Below, piece by piece: positions 19,819-30,188 of a stretch of 59,555 nt of DNA (positions within the stretch are counted from its first letter, which is position 1; the number at the start of each line of letters is the position of its first letter). The notes under the pieces were generated by a model. It did not search any database. It was given only the letters and a program-made list of their open reading frames with translations, and was not told the DNA's origin. The translations under genes were made by a program, and so were the position numbers. This DNA comes from a virus. Taxonomy: Duplodnaviria; Caudoviricetes. The stretch covers positions 1-59,555 of IMG/VR virus record IMGVR_UViG_3300036770_007637, one strand, 5' to 3'.

Positions 19819-20255
19819 AGATCTCCCTCTTTCCTGTTTTCTGAATAGTAGGGATCAAATGACCCGCCGGGATAACGGCTTTCTAGTTTGCGCACGTTTT
19901 CGGCTATGACTTCGTTAGGATCGAGGTGCAAGGCGCGGCAAGCATTGATCCAGTACCACATGATGTCGCCCAGTTCTCGCTTCATATGAAACACAGCTTC
20001 TTCGTTCAGTGATTTGCCTTGGAAGAAAATCTTCTTTGGAATCTCACAGAACTCGCCAGTTTCGGCTGCCATACCTAGAGCACCTGTGAGCAACAACGGA
20101 ACATTGATGTCTGGACCATGTCGCTGTTCTCCATCGAACACTTCGTAATTGGCATCCAGCCGATCCAAGGTGTCCATGAAAGTGGTAAGATTATTGCTGG
20201 CATCGCTGGTGACCTTTTCGACGAATTCGGTATATCGGTTTAGATCGATCTGCAT
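19815..20255 (-). CDS. MazG-like nucleotide pyrophosphohydrolase
   Basis: GMAAETGEF, ELGDIMWY, NVRKLESRY. Confidence 0.85.
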   Translation of the reverse strand: MQIDLNRYTEFVEKVTSDASNNLTTFMDTLDRLDANYEVFDGEQRHGPDINVPLLLTGALGMAAETGEFCEIPKKIFFQGKSLNEEAVFHMKRELGDIMWYWINACRALHLDPNEVIAENVRKLESRYPGGSFDPYYSENRKEGDL

Positions 20256-20264
20256 AAATGAAAA

Positions 20265-20305
20265 CTCCTCTACACTACTTTAGCATAGAGGAGCGGGTAT
20301 GTCAA
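20265..20305 (-). promoter_or_regulatory. Sigma70-type promoter with anti-SD in the spacer
   Basis: TTGACA-17 nt-TAAAGT; CTCCTCTA in spacer is complementary to TAGAGGAG RBS. Confidence 0.65.
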
Positions 20306-20318
20306 CGATTTCTGAGAT

Positions 20319-21209
20319 TTAGGCGAAATCGCAACCATTGTTGCCCACAGCGTACCATTTTCCATTGATATATTGGAGCATGCAAGCATCGCCGCGTGTG
20401 TCAAAAGTGACAGTACCAGTGGCGGATGTGGACCAACCTGGGTTGGTCACTGTGACGACCATGTTACCGGCTGCTACGTTAGAGGCCATCAGCGTTTTGA
20501 GCTGTCCTTCGTAACCTGCAGCCAAAGTAGCTGTTTCGGCAGCTGCTGTAGTGAAATAGGCAGCGGTCTTACCCAGACTGATCGCGGCAGCATTGGCCAC
20601 ATCTTCGGAACTGGGCAAATAGATAGGATCTGTGTTACGGCTGAGATCTTCTACCACTATGGTAGTACCACCATCGCTGGTCGAAAACTGCAAGTTGTAG
20701 GTACCAGACTTGTTGTAAGTGACCACGTTGTTAGCATCGCAACCTTGCAAGGTAGCGTTACCCACAGACACTGCGGCTGGTAGTGTGACCAGATAAGGCG
20801 ACGATGGCTGTGTGAGTTGTACAGTCCACTCTGCATAGTTGCCTGCGCTGGGTAAGTTAGTAAAACCTAGAGTAACATTGCCCGTGAGCTGGCTGATCTT
20901 GTAATAGCTGCCCGCAGAAAAATCTATGTCGATGGAACCCGACGTGGCGCTGGGAGCGATACGTGTGTATCTAGTGCCTTGTAGCTTGGCGTTTTTTAGC
21001 AGTGCGCCACCCATGTCGTTGTCTAGGGTGGTACCTGTCAGTGCAGATTTCAGCAGGACCTTGCTCTGCAGATCATCGATTTCCTCTTCCGCATACTGGA
21101 AGTTGGTCTTGATGTTGGTGAAATTATCGCGGAAACCCTGCGAGTCATTGTCCTGGCCCGCTATAGGATAAGCGGTGTCGATGTTGTTTGGGTTGATGTT
21201 AGATGCCAT
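20319..21209 (-). CDS. Virion structural (tail/baseplate) protein
   Basis: YPIAGQDNDSQGFRDNF N-terminus; T/S/G/N-rich beta structure. Confidence 0.7.
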   Translation of the reverse strand: MASNINPNNIDTAYPIAGQDNDSQGFRDNFTNIKTNFQYAEEEIDDLQSKVLLKSALTGTTLDNDMGGALLKNAKLQGTRYTRIAPSATSGSIDIDFSAGSYYKISQLTGNVTLGFTNLPSAGNYAEWTVQLTQPSSPYLVTLPAAVSVGNATLQGCDANNVVTYNKSGTYNLQFSTSDGGTTIVVEDLSRNTDPIYLPSSEDVANAAAISLGKTAAYFTTAAAETATLAAGYEGQLKTLMASNVAAGNMVVTVTNPGWSTSATGTVTFDTRGDACMLQYINGKWYAVGNNGCDFA

Positions 21210-21252
21210 CTCGTCGTCCTGTCAAATATGTCTATATTTATGAACCTGCACC

Positions 21253-23913
21253 CTATGCGCCAGTCAATTGTGGCGGGGGCGGAGGTGGTTCTGGAGGTCC
21301 ATAAAGTATGTTTACTTTGGGGAACAGCAGATACTTGTTGTATTGATCTGTAAGCCCGTATTGATCCACGGGTGTATTGAATCGCAAGCTGCCACCGTCA
21401 AAAATAGTGGCGCCATCGGCGATCAACACAGTCACAGTGATCAATGCACCCACTCCAAAACCTGTGACTGTGATAGGCGCTAAGTTAGCGAATACTGTGT
21501 TAGGATCCACTTGTCTATCCACGAATCCTTCGTATATCAGCTTTTCTATGCGGCCAGTTTCTGATACTTGCGTGACTGTGATCGTGAGATCATTCGTACC
21601 GTCGACACCGCCCAGATCAGAACCCAGGACCTTTAGTCGATCTCCTATCTGATAACCGGACCCTATCAGAGTATTGAGAGCTATGCTATAGTAAGGTAGT
21701 ATGTCAAATGTAGTGCTCTGGGCAGGTATCCATTCTCCAGAGATCGTACTGTCGTCGTAGGGTATCCAGTTCTTGCTGAGCTGCCGATCCAGGATATAAC
21801 GATCGACCTGGAAATCGATGAGATTCAATCTCTCACCCCATTGTGTGCGTATATTATAGGCCAGTTGCTCGCCTTTGCCCGGTACACAGTAAGCGATGAT
21901 GAACGCACGAGTAAATCCTAACACACGTCCATTTTCTTGTTTGGATGTCATCCAAAGAGGTAACACCTGTGCATACTGCCCGACCACATCTATGACCTGA
22001 TCTCGCATTTCAATCAAACTGTTGGGATAGACTTCGGTCACTGTTTCACCATCCACTGTGATAGGGAATGCTGTGTCTACAGTCTGAGGAGGGCTTTCGC
22101 CCCTCTCGTTCACTCCGGTATCTACTACGTTGGCGTAGACCACTTCATAGACCACATCTCCGGTGTTGTCTCTGCGGGCCTGGGCCACACGTATATCACC
22201 TAATATCAGCTGTTTGTCAAAATGATTGAGCTCTAGGGCCTGTACATATTCCTCCAGACTGGCGCTACGCAATCCATAGGCATGCACATAGATCACTCGC
22301 TGGGCACGACCAAAATAAGGATCATCGGGTCGGAACAGGAACTGAGGTTCTATGATGTCTTGATTCTGTAGCAAGCTGTCTAAGAGATCTCGATCGTCTT
22401 GTCCAGGCATGGCCTGTATGTAAAGACTTTCATAGGGTTCATTGAACTCACGATTCACACGAACTTCAAAGTCGCGGAACACTGATATCAAGCCATCTTG
22501 GCTGTAGCAGTTCACGGTAAAGCGGAATACCGAATCAAATGTGGTAGGTTCCACATCAAGGCGTGTGGCACGAGCCTGATCAAAAGTAGTGGTACCACCA
22601 TCCAGCGCGAATGTATTGAAACTCACACGACCGGCGATCACCCCAGATGGTAACAGTTGCAGTCCCTGCGGTAATTTGTTATACACTCCCGGCAATGCAG
22701 GATAATCACCGGGCTCCAATCTATAGAATAACTGCCGTCCTGAAGGATTGGTGGCTTCTATGACCAGCAGGCTCACAGCACCGTTGTCTATGGATCCAAG
22801 ATCCTGCGGTGTGAGCCAGACCACTCCGGTTTCTACGTCGCCGATAGTGGTCATGACATAGGTGTAAGCTGAGGAAATCAGTGTAGGGTTGTCTCGTTTG
22901 TAAACGAATACGTCCCACTCGAATTCAGTCTCCGTAGCACCTTGGTCGGGCAGATAACCGTAGAGCCAGCCCGTTTCCTGATTGAATGTCAGACCCGGCG
23001 GTAGATCGGCCGAATCGCCCATGGCGATCATGAATTGGTACGGATCTCCGTCGAGATCCAGGGCCTGGAACTGATAGGCAAAGAAGTTGGAGTGCCGGTA
23101 GGTACCAAGGTTGCCATCTTTGGGATAGTTGATAATAAACGGTGATCGTTGTGGTAATACATCAGCAGTGATGCGATCATTGTCCGCCGTGAAATCTGTG
23201 GTATCGGCAGTAAGGCTGTCACGGCTTACCACAAACATCTCAAATGTTCTCTGGCTGCGATCTTTGCCGTCAGATATCTGCAGAGTGAACTGATAGTTCT
23301 TGCTGATACTACGGCTGGAGAAATCAAACGGAAACTGATCATAGGTAGTACCATCACGGTCGTAGCCTGCGATGGCAGTATCAGGCAGTGGAGCCACAGG
23401 TGTGATATATCCTGTGATCAGGCCGTCTGTGGTCACTGACAATCCAGGAGGTAGTTCACCATCTTCCAGCGTGACCACTACCACATCGCCTGGATCTGAG
23501 TCGGTAAATTCAATCTGGAACTCCACTGTGTTGCCGTCATAAAACAAACCTATACTGCCGGCAGGTGTGATGAATTCTGGAAGATCCTGGCCTGTCACGG
23601 TGATCGAAAAAGTGCGGTCAGCGATCCTGCGTATGGATCCCGGAGTTTCCACAAATGCACGCACGGCAAATCTAGAAGTGACGTTTTCGCTGACCTCTGT
23701 GGGTACACCTCGCACTGTGGCGAAGGCCTGCGGAACACCTTCCACTACTCCATTGGTTTTGACTTGTATACCTTCGGGCAATGTGCCAGCGATCAAAGTG
23801 TATTTTACTGTACCACCATCGGGATCTATAGCTACCACAGGCGTAGAAAAGAACAGCCCTTCGGCTATGGTTCCCAGATCTCCAGGAGGAGTTATCCACT
23901 GTGGTTGTGCCAT
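21253..23913 (-). CDS. Baseplate-associated protein with Ig-like repeats
   Basis: Repeated GxLPxGL..G.I.G motifs; TTFD motifs. Confidence 0.7.
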   Translation of the reverse strand: MAQPQWITPPGDLGTIAEGLFFSTPVVAIDPDGGTVKYTLIAGTLPEGIQVKTNGVVEGVPQAFATVRGVPTEVSENVTSRFAVRAFVETPGSIRRIADRTFSITVTGQDLPEFITPAGSIGLFYDGNTVEFQIEFTDSDPGDVVVVTLEDGELPPGLSVTTDGLITGYITPVAPLPDTAIAGYDRDGTTYDQFPFDFSSRSISKNYQFTLQISDGKDRSQRTFEMFVVSRDSLTADTTDFTADNDRITADVLPQRSPFIINYPKDGNLGTYRHSNFFAYQFQALDLDGDPYQFMIAMGDSADLPPGLTFNQETGWLYGYLPDQGATETEFEWDVFVYKRDNPTLISSAYTYVMTTIGDVETGVVWLTPQDLGSIDNGAVSLLVIEATNPSGRQLFYRLEPGDYPALPGVYNKLPQGLQLLPSGVIAGRVSFNTFALDGGTTTFDQARATRLDVEPTTFDSVFRFTVNCYSQDGLISVFRDFEVRVNREFNEPYESLYIQAMPGQDDRDLLDSLLQNQDIIEPQFLFRPDDPYFGRAQRVIYVHAYGLRSASLEEYVQALELNHFDKQLILGDIRVAQARRDNTGDVVYEVVYANVVDTGVNERGESPPQTVDTAFPITVDGETVTEVYPNSLIEMRDQVIDVVGQYAQVLPLWMTSKQENGRVLGFTRAFIIAYCVPGKGEQLAYNIRTQWGERLNLIDFQVDRYILDRQLSKNWIPYDDSTISGEWIPAQSTTFDILPYYSIALNTLIGSGYQIGDRLKVLGSDLGGVDGTNDLTITVTQVSETGRIEKLIYEGFVDRQVDPNTVFANLAPITVTGFGVGALITVTVLIADGATIFDGGSLRFNTPVDQYGLTDQYNKYLLFPKVNILYGPPEPPPPPPQLTGA

Positions 23914-23916
23914 ATA

Positions 23917-24180
23917 TTACCAGCTCGTGTCTAGTGCCACTCGTCCCCAGATCACAGACGAACCATCGTAGTCCTGGAAACAGATATAGAAAAATCCTGA
24001 ATCTACAGCATAGTTACCCACGATATCGCCTACTGAGCCCAAAGATGTTGTGGGCACAGAAGTACGTACTCGTGAATTCAAGAACGCGAAATTGTCGTTA
24101 CATTTGATATATGCTGTGCGCAGACCATCGCCTGTGCCGTCATTGGGTACTGTGCCTACGTTTATTACCTGGATCGCCAT
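23917..24180 (-). CDS. Small virion structural protein
   Basis: INVGTVPNDGTGDGLRTAYIK, same module as tail fibre N-terminus. Confidence 0.7.
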   Translation of the reverse strand: MAIQVINVGTVPNDGTGDGLRTAYIKCNDNFAFLNSRVRTSVPTTSLGSVGDIVGNYAVDSGFFYICFQDYDGSSVIWGRVALDTSW

Positions 24181-24221
24181 CGTTTACCTCGCTTTGAGTG
24201 TATTTAGCGAGTTTTGCGGGC

Positions 24222-24926
24222 TTACAAGCCGTAGGTGGCTCGGGTAGCGTCGTAGTTTTGTAGGATTTCTGCAGCAGACAACACACGATCGTAGATAAAC
24301 ACCTGCCCTATATCTCCAGTAAATTGATATCCAGCTGTGTATGCTGATCGTCCAACCCAGAGTTCTTGAGGATTAGTTACTGATCCTGTGTAGGGATCTG
24401 CTCGTGTTGCCACTTGTGTACCGTTGACATAGAGATACCAGTTAGAATCGTTTCTGGTAAACATTACCAAATACCAACTGCCGTTATTGTAGTTGGTCAG
24501 TGAACTGGTGATTGATGCCTGAGTGGTAACTTGGCTCATATCACCGACAAGTTGTCCACCGTTTAGCCATACACGATAGTTCCATGGATTGCCAGTTGCG
24601 GTTTCTTTTGATAGGATCATTTTGATACCGCCAGCACTGGTTCGGAACCAAGCACCCACTGAGAACGATTCGGCACCCAAACTTTGATTGGTATCATCGT
24701 ATTGTGTAGAGCCATCAAAGGTAAAATAGGTTGAGTTATACGCAGGAGCACCTACCAATGTAGTGGAATAAGCATTGGGACTCAGATCAGTCCAAGTGGT
24801 GCCCGACCCGGGATAACTGGCAGGATCCGCCGCATCCAAATACAGTTGCAGATTGGCAGTGACCACAGTTGGTACAGCCACAGATGAGGCTATGTTGTTG
24901 GCCACCAACTGCATGATGCCACTCAT
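24222..24926 (-). CDS. Concanavalin A/LamG-like lectin domain protein
   Basis: LYLDAADPASYPGSGTTWTDLS, WYLYVNG, IYDRVLSAAEILQNY. Confidence 0.85.
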   Translation of the reverse strand: MSGIMQLVANNIASSVAVPTVVTANLQLYLDAADPASYPGSGTTWTDLSPNAYSTTLVGAPAYNSTYFTFDGSTQYDDTNQSLGAESFSVGAWFRTSAGGIKMILSKETATGNPWNYRVWLNGGQLVGDMSQVTTQASITSSLTNYNNGSWYLVMFTRNDSNWYLYVNGTQVATRADPYTGSVTNPQELWVGRSAYTAGYQFTGDIGQVFIYDRVLSAAEILQNYDATRATYGL

Positions 24927-27900
24927 TTATGACACTCCGGTACCGTTGATGAACCAGGTATCTGTGGCCACTTTCATTATGGTGGCCATGCCAAAGGTGG
25001 TCACGTTCCTGTTGCCACTCGTAGCATTGCCGGCCAAGTATAGGCTTACGCCCGATCCCTGTGCTATGGTGATGTTGCCGGTGCCTTGGTTCACTATGCT
25101 GATGGCAGCACCTACCGCAAAACCTTGGCTGGCGTTGTTGGCTATGGTCAGGATGTAGTTGCTACTCTGTGTGGAGTAGTAGTGCTTGCCAGCATCGGTG
25201 GTGGCTATAGTAGCGTTGCCAGTGAATGACACCTGGGGAATGTCTCTATAGCCAATGGCAGCACCTACGCCAGCAGGCGAATTGACGAGGTCAATGTATA
25301 GCCCACGGGTGGTTCCACCATCTTCAAAGAATCTTAGCTGATCTCCATAACTGTCGATCACCACGATGTTGCCACTCAAGGTGGTATTGGCAGCGGCTGG
25401 CAACGACAGGTTAATCTCACCACCCTCGAGGCCGCTTTGATTGGAACTGACCAAGATATCACCGGTGATGGTTCCAGTGGCACTTATCAACCCACCTGTG
25501 ACTAAGTTGCCGCCGGTGATGTTGCCGGTGGCTACAATCTGACCAGCCGTGGTTAGATTCCCGCCAGCCACGTTGCCTGTGGCTGTTATAGTGCTAAATC
25601 CAGATATCGTGGGCTGCGGACTGGCATCTGCCCCGATCAAGGATTCTGAAACTATGACGTTGGTGCCTGAGATGTTGCCGGGTGCAGAGAGATCGCCAGT
25701 TGTATCAAACGTCCAGGTCTTGGCGGTATTGGACACATCGGTACTGATTTCAAGATTGGCAACAGTACTGATGGTGCTGTCTACCGTGTCGTTGAGTTGG
25801 ATGTAGGTATTGCTGTTGGGTTCGGCCTCAAGCACCAGAGTGCTGGAACTGCTGGTTCCAGTTATGTGACCCGCCACTGTGATGTCTCCTGACACCTCAA
25901 TATTACCAGGCGTGATAAGGTTGCCGGTGGCATCAAATTCCCACGAATAATCGTTACCATTGTAGTCGGTGCGTATGGTTATGGCCTCAACATTACTGGT
26001 GTTCCTGATGCTGACGAGGTCGTTGCCCTGGATCCTGACGTCATCTGTGACCTCTACGCGGAAATCTAGACCCGTGATCTCTACTTCGCTGTTGGCCGCA
26101 GTGATGAACAGGTCCTCTCCGTCTGGCGGTGACATCGTGGTATTGTTGAACGTGATGTTACCAGTCGAGGACGACACAAACGGAGCGCCATTGGCGTAGA
26201 AGTAGTTGTCAGTGAGTATGGCATTGGCTGAGACATTGCCAGGTGCTGTAAGATCGCCATTGGTGTCAAATGTCCATTCATATCCAGAGTTAGCACTGTC
26301 GGATCGCAGTTGCACATTACCGATGGCAGCCAATTGTGCTCGGTTGCCACTGTCGGTATCGAGCAGGACCAACCCAGCATTGTCATCGGCAGAAGGATAC
26401 AGGGAGCCTTTGTCAGGCAAGCCCAGTTGTCCATTGGAATCAAATGTCCAGATGGTACCGGCGTTGGTCTCTACCGTGACATTACCCGCATTGTTGACTA
26501 CCCGGAGATTGGCTGTGTTGGCAGTGGCGTCGTTGGGCACTTGTAGGAACGCCTGGCCTTCGGGGTTGGGGCTGATGTCAATGCCTGTGGATGCAGAACC
26601 ATCAACGAGTGTTATGTATCCACCAGCTAGGCTGAGATCGCCGATCTCAGCAATGTTGGTCACTACGAGATTGTTGGCTTCTAGATTACCGGTGACGTTG
26701 ACTGCCCCGGGTGTGTCTAAAGTACCATCGGCATTGAAGGTCCAGTTCCAGTTATTACCTTCGATGTCAGCATCGGTCTCGATCGAGACACCATAGGTCA
26801 ATGGTGCTATCACGCGGAATATATTGCCATCGGTTTCGTCACCAATGATTGATCCGCCACGGAAGTACACATAGTTGTTGGCCGTGATGTCTCCGGTGAC
26901 AGAGACGTTGCCAGCAGAGATGTTTCCAGTAGTGGAAACATTTGCAGTGCTGTCGTTGCTCAGCACAGGCTCGCCGTCTACTGTGAGTGTGTTGCCAGTG
27001 ATGCCCAGGGCCACACCACCGATGTAGATGGTGTTGGCAGCTACCCAGAGGTTGCTCCAGTAGTTTGTGGCGTTACCTAAACTGTAAACACCGTTGCCCG
27101 AGGGTATGATGTTACCAGCCCATCCTGCTTCGCCATAGGCCACTGCATTGGCATTGGCATAGGAACTGACACCGGTGAGCAGACTGCCGTTGCCGATGAA
27201 GTAGTTGGCCGAAATGTTGCCACCGCTGTTGATGTTGCCATTTACCCCTATACCACCATATACTAATAATGCGCCGGTGTTTTCGTCCACACTGGCAGTT
27301 TGTTTGGTTATCAGTACCTCACCACCATCGGGGGTGAGATATAAGTTGCCCGAAGATTCGATATTGATATCAGCACCAGATCCGCCAGCGGTCTTGATCA
27401 AGGCGTCCGTAGCGCCGGTGGCATCAGAATACAGTTCGAGATTGCCCAGGATCAGGGTATTGGTCAGCGAGGCGCTGTTGCCCGTTAGGTTACCGGTATA
27501 GGTAGGCAAGTATGCAGCCACGTTGGCGTTACCATAGGTGCTGACGATACCAGTAAGTTGACTACCATTGCCGATAAAGTAGTTGGCTGTGACATTACCT
27601 GCGACATTGGCACCGATATTGGTATGCCATTCGTTGTCAGTGCTGTTGTATAATAGTGTAGCTACATCGTCGTTGGCGCCCACTGTGATACCTGATCCGT
27701 TGGCCTGCGCATCTGTTGCGGCTGTGTTGGCCAGCTGTATGGTTTTGGCATCTGTGACGATGTTGCCAATCTGTATCACATCGCCTTCGACTATGAGATT
27801 GCCATTTACTGTGAGGTCTTCAGTGACAGTGACATAAGCAGCCGAGATGTTGCCCGTGACATCCAGACCGGCGGCACCCACATAAACTCCGCGCCAGCGG

Positions 27901-28172
27901 TTTGTTGTGCTACCTAGATACCATATGTTGTTGGCGTTGGGAACAGTGTTGTTGTTGAGACGCACATTGGCCACACCGTTGGGAGCCAGCACTAGGTCTT
28001 GGTTGACCTGCAGAGTGGTTATGGTGTTACCGGAAATCTGTACATTTGTACCCACTGGACCCGCGGCCCAGATCTGGTCAAAGTTAGAGTCTGTTTTTAT
28101 GAATGCTGTGCGTAACGGGTCGCCTGTGCCGTCATTGGCAGTCGCGCCGGTATTGATGATTTCTTGGGCCAT
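24927..28172 (-). CDS. Tail fibre / receptor-binding protein
   Basis: 1081 aa, G/N/T-rich; NDGTGDPLRTAF anchor; repeated GNI and WxF..GxLxxP motifs. Confidence 0.8.
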   Translation of the reverse strand: MAQEIINTGATANDGTGDPLRTAFIKTDSNFDQIWAAGPVGTNVQISGNTITTLQVNQDLVLAPNGVANVRLNNNTVPNANNIWYLGSTTNRWRGVYVGAAGLDVTGNISAAYVTVTEDLTVNGNLIVEGDVIQIGNIVTDAKTIQLANTAATDAQANGSGITVGANDDVATLLYNSTDNEWHTNIGANVAGNVTANYFIGNGSQLTGIVSTYGNANVAAYLPTYTGNLTGNSASLTNTLILGNLELYSDATGATDALIKTAGGSGADINIESSGNLYLTPDGGEVLITKQTASVDENTGALLVYGGIGVNGNINSGGNISANYFIGNGSLLTGVSSYANANAVAYGEAGWAGNIIPSGNGVYSLGNATNYWSNLWVAANTIYIGGVALGITGNTLTVDGEPVLSNDSTANVSTTGNISAGNVSVTGDITANNYVYFRGGSIIGDETDGNIFRVIAPLTYGVSIETDADIEGNNWNWTFNADGTLDTPGAVNVTGNLEANNLVVTNIAEIGDLSLAGGYITLVDGSASTGIDISPNPEGQAFLQVPNDATANTANLRVVNNAGNVTVETNAGTIWTFDSNGQLGLPDKGSLYPSADDNAGLVLLDTDSGNRAQLAAIGNVQLRSDSANSGYEWTFDTNGDLTAPGNVSANAILTDNYFYANGAPFVSSSTGNITFNNTTMSPPDGEDLFITAANSEVEITGLDFRVEVTDDVRIQGNDLVSIRNTSNVEAITIRTDYNGNDYSWEFDATGNLITPGNIEVSGDITVAGHITGTSSSSTLVLEAEPNSNTYIQLNDTVDSTISTVANLEISTDVSNTAKTWTFDTTGDLSAPGNISGTNVIVSESLIGADASPQPTISGFSTITATGNVAGGNLTTAGQIVATGNITGGNLVTGGLISATGTITGDILVSSNQSGLEGGEINLSLPAAANTTLSGNIVVIDSYGDQLRFFEDGGTTRGLYIDLVNSPAGVGAAIGYRDIPQVSFTGNATIATTDAGKHYYSTQSSNYILTIANNASQGFAVGAAISIVNQGTGNITIAQGSGVSLYLAGNATSGNRNVTTFGMATIMKVATDTWFINGTGVS

Positions 28173-28175
28173 CTG

Positions 28176-28208
28176 TCTGTTCCTTTTGTATATTTACCGG
28201 AACAGACG
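28176..28208 (-). promoter_or_regulatory. TAAATA promoter in the loop of a hairpin masking the tail fibre RBS
   Basis: Minus strand GTCTGTTCC-ggTAAATAtacaaaa-GGAACAGAC-agATG. Confidence 0.7.
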
Positions 28209-28215
28209 GTTTGGA

Positions 28216-28539
28216 TCAGTATGGAGAGAAGCTAGATCCGCAGCCGCAAGATGTTTGAGCGTTGGGGTTATCTATGACGAAACTGGCACCCATGGTGTCT
28301 TCTTTCCAGTTGATAGTAGCGCCACGGAGATATTCCATGCTCATAGAATCCACTACTACTTTTACACCAGAGTACTCAAAATCAAAATCATCATCGTTTT
28401 GATCTTCGTCAAAAGTGAATCCGTATTGCATGCCGGAGCACCCTCCTCCTTGCACAAACACTCTGAGTTTGATGTTGGGATTATTTTCTTCGGCTATGAG
28501 TTCTTGTAGCTTAGAAACAGCTGGTTTTTCTAATGTCAT
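28216..28539 (-). CDS. erpA: A-type Fe-S cluster carrier (ErpA/IscA)
   Basis: [31 protein letters not shown]. Confidence 0.9.
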   Translation of the reverse strand: MTLEKPAVSKLQELIAEENNPNIKLRVFVQGGGCSGMQYGFTFDEDQNDDDFDFEYSGVKVVVDSMSMEYLRGATINWKEDTMGASFVIDNPNAQTSCGCGSSFSPY

Positions 28540-29258
28540 AGTTTTGTACTTACCATGTTCCAGGTATCCTGCATGAGATTTGCAGTAAGTTCTGGATTAC
28601 GTGTGCTGTGATAATGTAAGATACAGCGTGTTTTTTTCATATGATCTTTCAAATGGTCAAAGTCTCTCCATGGTCCTTGCTGTACGATGTACGATTGATT
28701 TTTGTCAATGTCGAGATCGGGCTGTTTCCAGAATAGATCTGTAAAAAGATCCTGTTCGTACCCATATTCATCATAGTTCCAGTTTTCTATACCTTGTTCC
28801 ATTTGTATCCAGAAATCATCATGTATGGTGTAGGGAAAATATTTTACTCCGCCATTGAAATATTGGGTTTTATTCACAGGGTTGTAACTAGTGAACATCC
28901 TAAACTCTCGGAAAGAGCCAAAAATATCCAACGGACTCACACACAATGTATCACAATCTGCATAAAGAATATTGCAAGGCCAATACCTATGCCATAGATC
29001 TTTGATCTGTTGAGATTGATCAATGAAAGCATGTTGTAGGCTAGGTTGCCTACCAGTAAAAAATCTTAGATCCCATTTTTTAGCAAGGTTGACACGGAAA
29101 CTGCGTGAACTCAGTTCATGCATCCTCTGATAATGATCCCAACTGTTAGAGGGAGGTTTTATCTTGATATCCGGCTGTTCTTCGATCTGGTATAGACTTT
29201 TTACAAGAAAGTTACGGATAGGATAATATTGTCTACTCGATCTGTCCAACACGGTCAT
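28536..29258 (-). CDS. Putative nucleotide-diphospho-sugar transferase (GT-A)
   Basis: ILYADCD (DxD), FNGGV, EQD, ILHYH; AT-rich. Confidence 0.55.
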   Translation of the reverse strand: MTVLDRSSRQYYPIRNFLVKSLYQIEEQPDIKIKPPSNSWDHYQRMHELSSRSFRVNLAKKWDLRFFTGRQPSLQHAFIDQSQQIKDLWHRYWPCNILYADCDTLCVSPLDIFGSFREFRMFTSYNPVNKTQYFNGGVKYFPYTIHDDFWIQMEQGIENWNYDEYGYEQDLFTDLFWKQPDLDIDKNQSYIVQQGPWRDFDHLKDHMKKTRCILHYHSTRNPELTANLMQDTWNMVSTKL

Positions 29259-29805
29259 TCACTACATCCCAGTTGATTATCTTCCAGATATTGTCGAGAT
29301 ACCGCTCTTTGTCGCTCTGATAGTCCAGGGCCCATGCGTGTTCCCACCAATCAATAAGTAGGGCTATATCTGTGCGTACCTGATGATTCTTTATGGTCTT
29401 GATGTCTCCCGAAGTCGAGAGATAAACCCAACCTGAACCCTGTATCTTCATGGCTGCTTCTTTCACAGCATCTTTGAAAGCATCAAAGTCGCCGAACTTT
29501 TCTTCGATCAGCGCGAGAACAGCACCTTTTGGTCTGTTGGGGGTCTTAGGAGCCCTAAGCTGAGGGAAGAACTTATTGTGTAGAAAACTGCCAGCACGAT
29601 TAAAATCCGCATTTCCCTCTCCTGCGTTGTAGCGTTTGGCGTAGCCTTTGGCTAGATGTTCGTAGTGATAGTCGATGGTGGCTTTTGACATCACAGGATC
29701 CAGGTCCTTTTCGCCGTAGGGCAAAGGGGTAGTTTCCAGCTTGGATTCCCGTGTGGTGGCCTCAATGAGATCTATGGTTTCGCGTAGATGTGGTAGAGTG
29801 TCCAT
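29233..29805 (-). CDS. sod: Fe/Mn superoxide dismutase with N-terminal extension
   Basis: LPY..LDP, YHY, LHNKFF, GSGW, DWWEHAW. Confidence 0.88.
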   Translation of the reverse strand: MDTLPHLRETIDLIEATTRESKLETTPLPYGEKDLDPVMSKATIDYHYEHLAKGYAKRYNAGEGNADFNRAGSFLHNKFFPQLRAPKTPNRPKGAVLALIEEKFGDFDAFKDAVKEAAMKIQGSGWVYLSTSGDIKTIKNHQVRTDIALLIDWWEHAWALDYQSDKERYLDNIWKIINWDVVNDRVGQIE

Positions 29806-30167
29806 TATGTCTGCCTTATGACCAAACCGCCTGATGCGTTGTAATAGATGCCACCAACGGGTACACCGCCCGATGCGGCTGCTCCATCATTAGAGAAAGG
29901 ACCTGAAATAGTAAACTGTGCATCACCTTCTAGGATATCCTGTGTTCGTTGTGCCAAGGCATCTAGGGCCTGTGTGACGTTGGTTACGTTGGCTGCATCG
30001 GCCCAATTATTAGCGATAGCTGGAGTATAGTTTACATTACCCGATATGGAACCGGATACTGATAATGTACCTAGTGAAAGATCACCTAGATCTGCATCAC
30101 CGATTGAGCCCTCTAAAGGGTTTTTTATTGAACGTGCTTTGCCGTCATTGCCTTTTGCGAATCCCAT
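29805..30167 (-). CDS. Putative virion structural protein
   Basis: NVTQALDAL; AASGGVPVGGIYY C-terminal motif; TAAATA upstream. Confidence 0.55.
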   Translation of the reverse strand: MGFAKGNDGKARSIKNPLEGSIGDADLGDLSLGTLSVSGSISGNVNYTPAIANNWADAANVTNVTQALDALAQRTQDILEGDAQFTISGPFSNDGAAASGGVPVGGIYYNASGGLVIRQT

Positions 30168-30188
30168 AAAGTCATTCCTTTATGGTAT

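Noticed and set aside
24222-28172. Diversity-generating retroelement acting on LamG or the fibre tip
   Set aside because: No reverse transcriptase and no adenine-variant repeat pair found in the window.
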